Source: Azolla caroliniana (taxonomy: Eukaryota > Plantae > Polypodiophyta). From it: a stretch of 64,000 bases of DNA. Below are positions 59,195 to 64,000 of this stretch, piece by piece (position 1 is the first letter of the stretch; each line of letters opens with the position of its first letter). The notes beneath the pieces were generated by a model, which was given only the letters and a program-made list of their open reading frames with translations, made no database searches and was not told where the DNA came from. The DNA lies in contig JBHGNT010000008.1 of assembly GCA_043228905.1 (NCBI GenBank), positions 13,764,001 through 13,828,000 on the forward strand, given 5' to 3'. The translations under genes and the position numbers were made by a program.

Positions 59195-59724
59195 ATATGT
59201 GGTCATTTCTCTATGTTTAGGTTTGCTCTTTCTTCTTTTATTATTCAATCCCCTTTTCCTTCTAATTTCTCTTTTTCCTATATCCATCAATCCTTTAAAG
59301 AAAAATAAATCTTTGAAGGATACATGAAAAAGAGAAATTAGAAGGAAAAGGGGATTGAATAATAAAAGAAGAAAGAGCAAACCTAAACATAGAGAAATGA
59401 CCACATATAAACAGAGGGAGAGAGAGAGAGTGTGTGTGTGTGTACTGACCTTCTATGGATCCTGATGATGAAGATGATTGATCAACCCAATTTACAAGAA
59501 AGAAAAGAAAGACAACACTATTAGGTACAAAGACCCAAAGAATCGCTTAAGTAAAGAAATTTGTGTTTGAAGGGTATTCTGGTAAATAACGCTTGTAGAT
59601 TTGAGTGTATAATTATTTTATAAAGTGTATTTTTTTGGACATATGGGTAGTTTGGTAAATTTGGAACTTAGAGGGGCATTCTAACAAATAGGCAAACCTC
59701 CAAGGGTATCCTAATACTTTTCCC
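58926..59724. mobile_element. Foldback / MULE-like non-autonomous DNA element
   Basis: About 340-bp inverted arms (58930-59285 versus 59318-59636) and GGGAAAA...TTTTCCC termini. The TSD matches only partly (shared ATTAAT). Confidence 0.65.
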
Positions 59725-60849
59725 TAAATTAATTCAAATATCAAGTTTGTGCTTGGATTAAATCATTGTTTCCTTAATTATGAAATGTCATTCATTCAAT
59801 GTTTCCTTTATTCAACATCGGTCATTCATTAATGTCATCTTTGTATTCTATTTGCGGCATTATCGTACGATATTGAAAGCCATTTCGGTGTTAATTTTTG
59901 CCATCATCATAAATAATTCCTTGATTAGTTGCTTTAATGAAGTGCATTCCCTTACTTCAGAGGATTCACCTCTATTTCTCTATAACACATCTAACGTTCA
60001 CCATGTTGTTTTGTGACAATGAATGGTCACTAGTCGATCTTTATTTGGTTTAGTTTTGAATTTCATTATTATGTTTGGCCATCCATTACAAAAGTTTGAA
60101 AGTTTTCAAAATGAATGAAATCAATGGCACATCCACATGATATGAATGCCTAGTGGACTTTGAATATTGAAGTAAAAAGTTAGACTTAACGATTTTTACT
60201 GTGGTGTCAATGATATAAATAATGTTACGAAAGCAAAGGTCATCACTTTCACATGGTGGTGCTGAAGAAAATAACTTTTCATTTTGTCTTTGATGATAAA
60301 CACCTAAGGAGTGGTCCAAAATAGAGTCAACATCCTTAGCACAATATGGCATTAACTTTTTATATATGCACACTACCAAGTTGATGTCTTTGTCTTCTTT
60401 TTTAATAATGTTTTCTTTACCTAATCGATATTGAGTTATAAACTGTTATAGAAAGGCCTTGGACATGCATCTCGCTATACAAGCAACAAAATTAGAAGAG
60501 ACTCCTATGAAAGTATAGTGGCACACTAGCATTTGTACCATTAACTCATGATTGTAGCAAGGGTCATAACTATTGTCATGTCTGTGACATTATCCTCCCC
60601 TTTAGGCCACCTTGTCGAAAGCTTCATGGTGCAAGGGTGAGCTGAAGTACAAAATCAAAGTAGATTGATGACTAAGTGAGTCCTCACTAGAAATAACAAC
60701 ACGAACAAATGTGAGTGACCATGTGAGGTCCTCACTGCAAATTGGAACATCAATTCTCCTGTTTACGACCACCTTTTTGAAAGCATGATGTATGGGTGGA
60801 CAGAAAGTGGAGCACTAACGGGCGTGAGAAACCAGGTTTTGTCCTCACT

Positions 60850-61152
60850 AGAGACACGAACACCAACAAACATGAGCTATTTCTGTTAGATTTCTTATGC
60901 ATCTTTCCTTTTCTAATTTGGACATTGGACGAGGAAATTACGAGCTTTTTACTCGACCTTGCTCCTCATATCCACGGTTAGCTTTTCTTTTCCTATCTTT
61001 TTGTCTATTTTTGTCTACTTTCGAAAACCGCTTCTAACTTTTTATCCTTTCATTTATTACTATAGTTGATTTAACAAAATTAGTTTATTTGGACTACTAT
61101 TTTATTCTCTTTTGAGGGTGGTTTCACACTATGTGTTGAAAACATCACGATA
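60850..61152 (-). repeat. LTR fragment related to 14800-15097
   Basis: Shares TTTTCTAATTTGGACAT..GACGAGGAAAT and the terminal GGGTGGTTTCACACTATGTGTT sequence. Confidence 0.7.
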
Positions 61153-61745
61153 GCGGTCCACGCCTATACTTATATACTATAGGGGCTTAATTGTTAGTTC
61201 TTGCATGTATCTTGCCACATGTCGCACATGTAACACTTCAGCCACTTTCCTTTGCCTGCAACCGATAGATTTTGTATTTTGGGTATGAAGATGCTTGATT
61301 CTATCCATGACCCCTTCTAGACATTTGTAGCATGTCGAGCAAGCTTTCCAAAGACCATTTATTTATTTAAATCCAATATTCCCTTGAAATATTACGACGA
61401 AAACATTGATTGCCTATTGTAAAGACACTCTTTGACTATGTCACATCAATTCATCTTGATTCTTCAAATCTACCTTTGACTAAAGCATCCACCATCATGC
61501 CTAAAATGTCATAACCAGCTTGTGTCCATATTTTACTATTTTTTAACCACTTTGTTGAGCACAAGTATTTACAACATGACACTTTAGCCCCCTCCAAGTA
61601 AAGCTTTGATAAAGTCAAAGCTTTTCTGAGCTAAACACTAGTAAACTACTAATATCCTTCATATGTACCTTATCCTTGTCTTGGGCAACAAATACCTGAA
61701 AATATTTCACAAATATGTACAAGTAAAAGTTTCACTCTTTTTACT

Positions 61746-64000
61746 TTAAGAAGCTATTGTCATTGAGGAGCTCATTATGCGTAAATGATATGGCGTTAAT
61801 CTCACATCATTGATCCTTTCTCTCATTAATGACCCATCCATACTCTTTAGCTCGTATGTTCCATTGGTAAACCTCTTGTGGATTACATAAGGTTCATCCC
61901 ACCTATGCTTGAATTTTCTTTGAAAAGTCTTATCCAAGGAACTATTATATACTAAGACCAACATACCCTCCATCAAGTTTTTTTCCCTTGCTAGTGCTTG
62001 ACTTCTTTTATCCCGTCGTTGACACAAGTCTTCATAGAAATGTATTGCCTCATCTCTTTTCCAAAATAAATCATGCATAGCTTCTTTTAATATATCCATT
62101 TGAAATTCATCATGCACTCCTAAACACTCCATCATTTGAATAGAAGGAAACAACACATTTGCATGCATCATTGCATCCTCCCCATATACTAAGTGGAAGG
62201 GAGTAAAACCTGTGGAAAGCTTATGTGTCATCCTACATGCCCATAGTGCTTTGTTTAACTCTTTATCCCAATTCCGTGGATACAAGTCCACAAGCTTGAA
62301 CAATAGCTTCTGTATAGTCCCATTAAAGGACTCCACCAATCCATTACATTGCGGGTGATATGGAGTAGCTCTTTTATGTTCAATCTCCAAATGAGTTACC
62401 AAATCTTTAATAAAATTTCCTCTAAATTCAAGACCATTATCTGTAACTAACTCCAAAGGCACACCAAATCTACATACTACTTGTTCAAAAACAAACCTTG
62501 CCATTTCTTTGCTTGTTGCAGTACGTGTAGCTTGTGCTTCTGGCCTTCGTGAAACATATTCTACTGTTGACATAATGTATACTTTGCCACTAGTAGAACT
62601 AGGTAATGGCCCAATGATATCTAAACCCCACTTAGAGAATATCTTATAGCTAACAATCCTTCCTAGAGGTTCAGGCATTAATCTTCTTTGTTGATATAAT
62701 TGACATTCATGACATGATCTACACCAATGTACCACATCCCTACACATGCTTGGCCATGTTACTTGAGTTTGCATGATCTTCCTTTTAGTGTATTCTATTC
62801 CAAAATGGCCTCCACATCCTTCCTCATGACACATAGACAAACATTCTTGAATCTCATCATGTCGTAATACACGTATACGTATCCCATCTATATCTTTCAA
62901 ATAAAGATCATCATGTATTATCACATACCTTTGTGCACGACGTGTTACGACAAGACACCTATGATATGGGAGCTCTTTTCTAGCCCTTCCTGTCCTTAAA
63001 ACATATTCCTCCTCTTCTAGGCTCTCTCAACCTTTGTATGATGACATATTTATAACATGCACTCCCACTTCTTGTGCTACTATCTTGCTTGCTAGCTCAA
63101 GAGCCCTTGCATTCTTATCTCTTGGGATATGCTGAAATTGACACTCCACGAACTGGCGTTGCAATTGCATCACTTGTTGGAGAAGGGGACAAAGACTAGC
63201 CTTTTGCACCTTCCACACCCCCCTACACTTGTCTTATAATCAACAATGAATCTCCCTTCACCATCAAACTTCTAATTCCTTTTTCCATGCCTACTTGTAA
63301 GGCATGAATTAAGCTAAGATACTCAGCCTCATTGTGACCATTCGCTTCAATGTGATCACTTCCACTCCATAATTCATGGCATTCTCTATTCACGAAAACA
63401 TATCCAATTCCTGCAATCTTTGTTTTTTGCTTAAAAGCACCATCAAAATATAATATCCCTTCATACTTTTTCAACATTATTTCAGACTCATTGATTGGTT
63501 CGACATGATCATCTATCTCTTTTACACTCTTAGTTGACACAAGCTCCTTATAGGTAAGCAAATCCGTCATCTTAGACCTAGTAGTTTCTTCTTTAATAAA
63601 ATTTACTTCAAATTCTTGTATAATCATTATCCACTGTTTCATACGTGAGTTATCTCTTGGAAATCTTAACATATGAGGGAGCAAAGCACATGAAGTTAAA
63701 ACTATTGTGATTCGTCCTAACAAATACGACTTCCATTTTTGGAGGGAAAACACCAATGCCCATACAAGTTTTTCTTCTTGTGTCCAAGTCTTCTCTACCA
63801 TTGACATCTTCCTACTAATATAATATATTGGATGCATATATGAAGCAATAGGTGCATTAATACTGCACCTACTGCTTCAACACCTACACTCAAACTAACA
63901 TAGAATGGTTGATCCCAATTAGGTGGCATTAGGATGGGTAGAGCACTCAATCTATCTTTTACATCTTCAAAGGCATTTTGCTCCACTCTTCCCCACAAAA
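61746..64000 (-). pseudogene. pol: Tat/Ogre-like Ty3/gypsy pol remnant: RH - second (archaeal-type) RNase H - integrase
   Basis: HPIYYISR (RH), YFDGAF...NEAEY...KGDSLLII...HIPRDKN (second RNase H), GGHFG/CHEC/WGLD/TDNG/YHPQCNG (IN). PPT-like tract at ~61586-61597 next to an LTR end at 61581. Confidence 0.9.

Overview
Repeat-dense plant nuclear DNA; the element types suggest a non-seed vascular plant such as a fern or lycophyte (inference). About 1-52 kb is a nested retrotransposon stack. It holds three copies of a Tcn1/Tf1-sushi-like chromovirus: one intact with identical LTRs (39543-45207), one decayed and carrying a near-intact two-ORF LINE (8264-12957), and one internally rearranged. It also holds several decayed Ty1/copia elements, solo LTRs, a non-chromovirus Ty3/gypsy element with a long extra 3' ORF (30944-46682) and a non-coding LTR element (30342-49117). 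The only clear host gene is a two-exon stellacyanin-type phytocyanin (56923-57796), followed by a ~0.7 kb foldback and a decayed Tat-like pol with a second RNase H. Most notable: two different LTR elements lack a polypurine tract and instead carry the same 43-nt structured, CCA-ending, tRNA-Arg-like motif just before the 3' LTR, with three compensatory base-pair changes. The chromovirus family also shows a covarying self-priming PBS, a -1 frameshift cassette and an antisense tRNA-like cassette at the LTR start. All calls were made by eye, without database searches.
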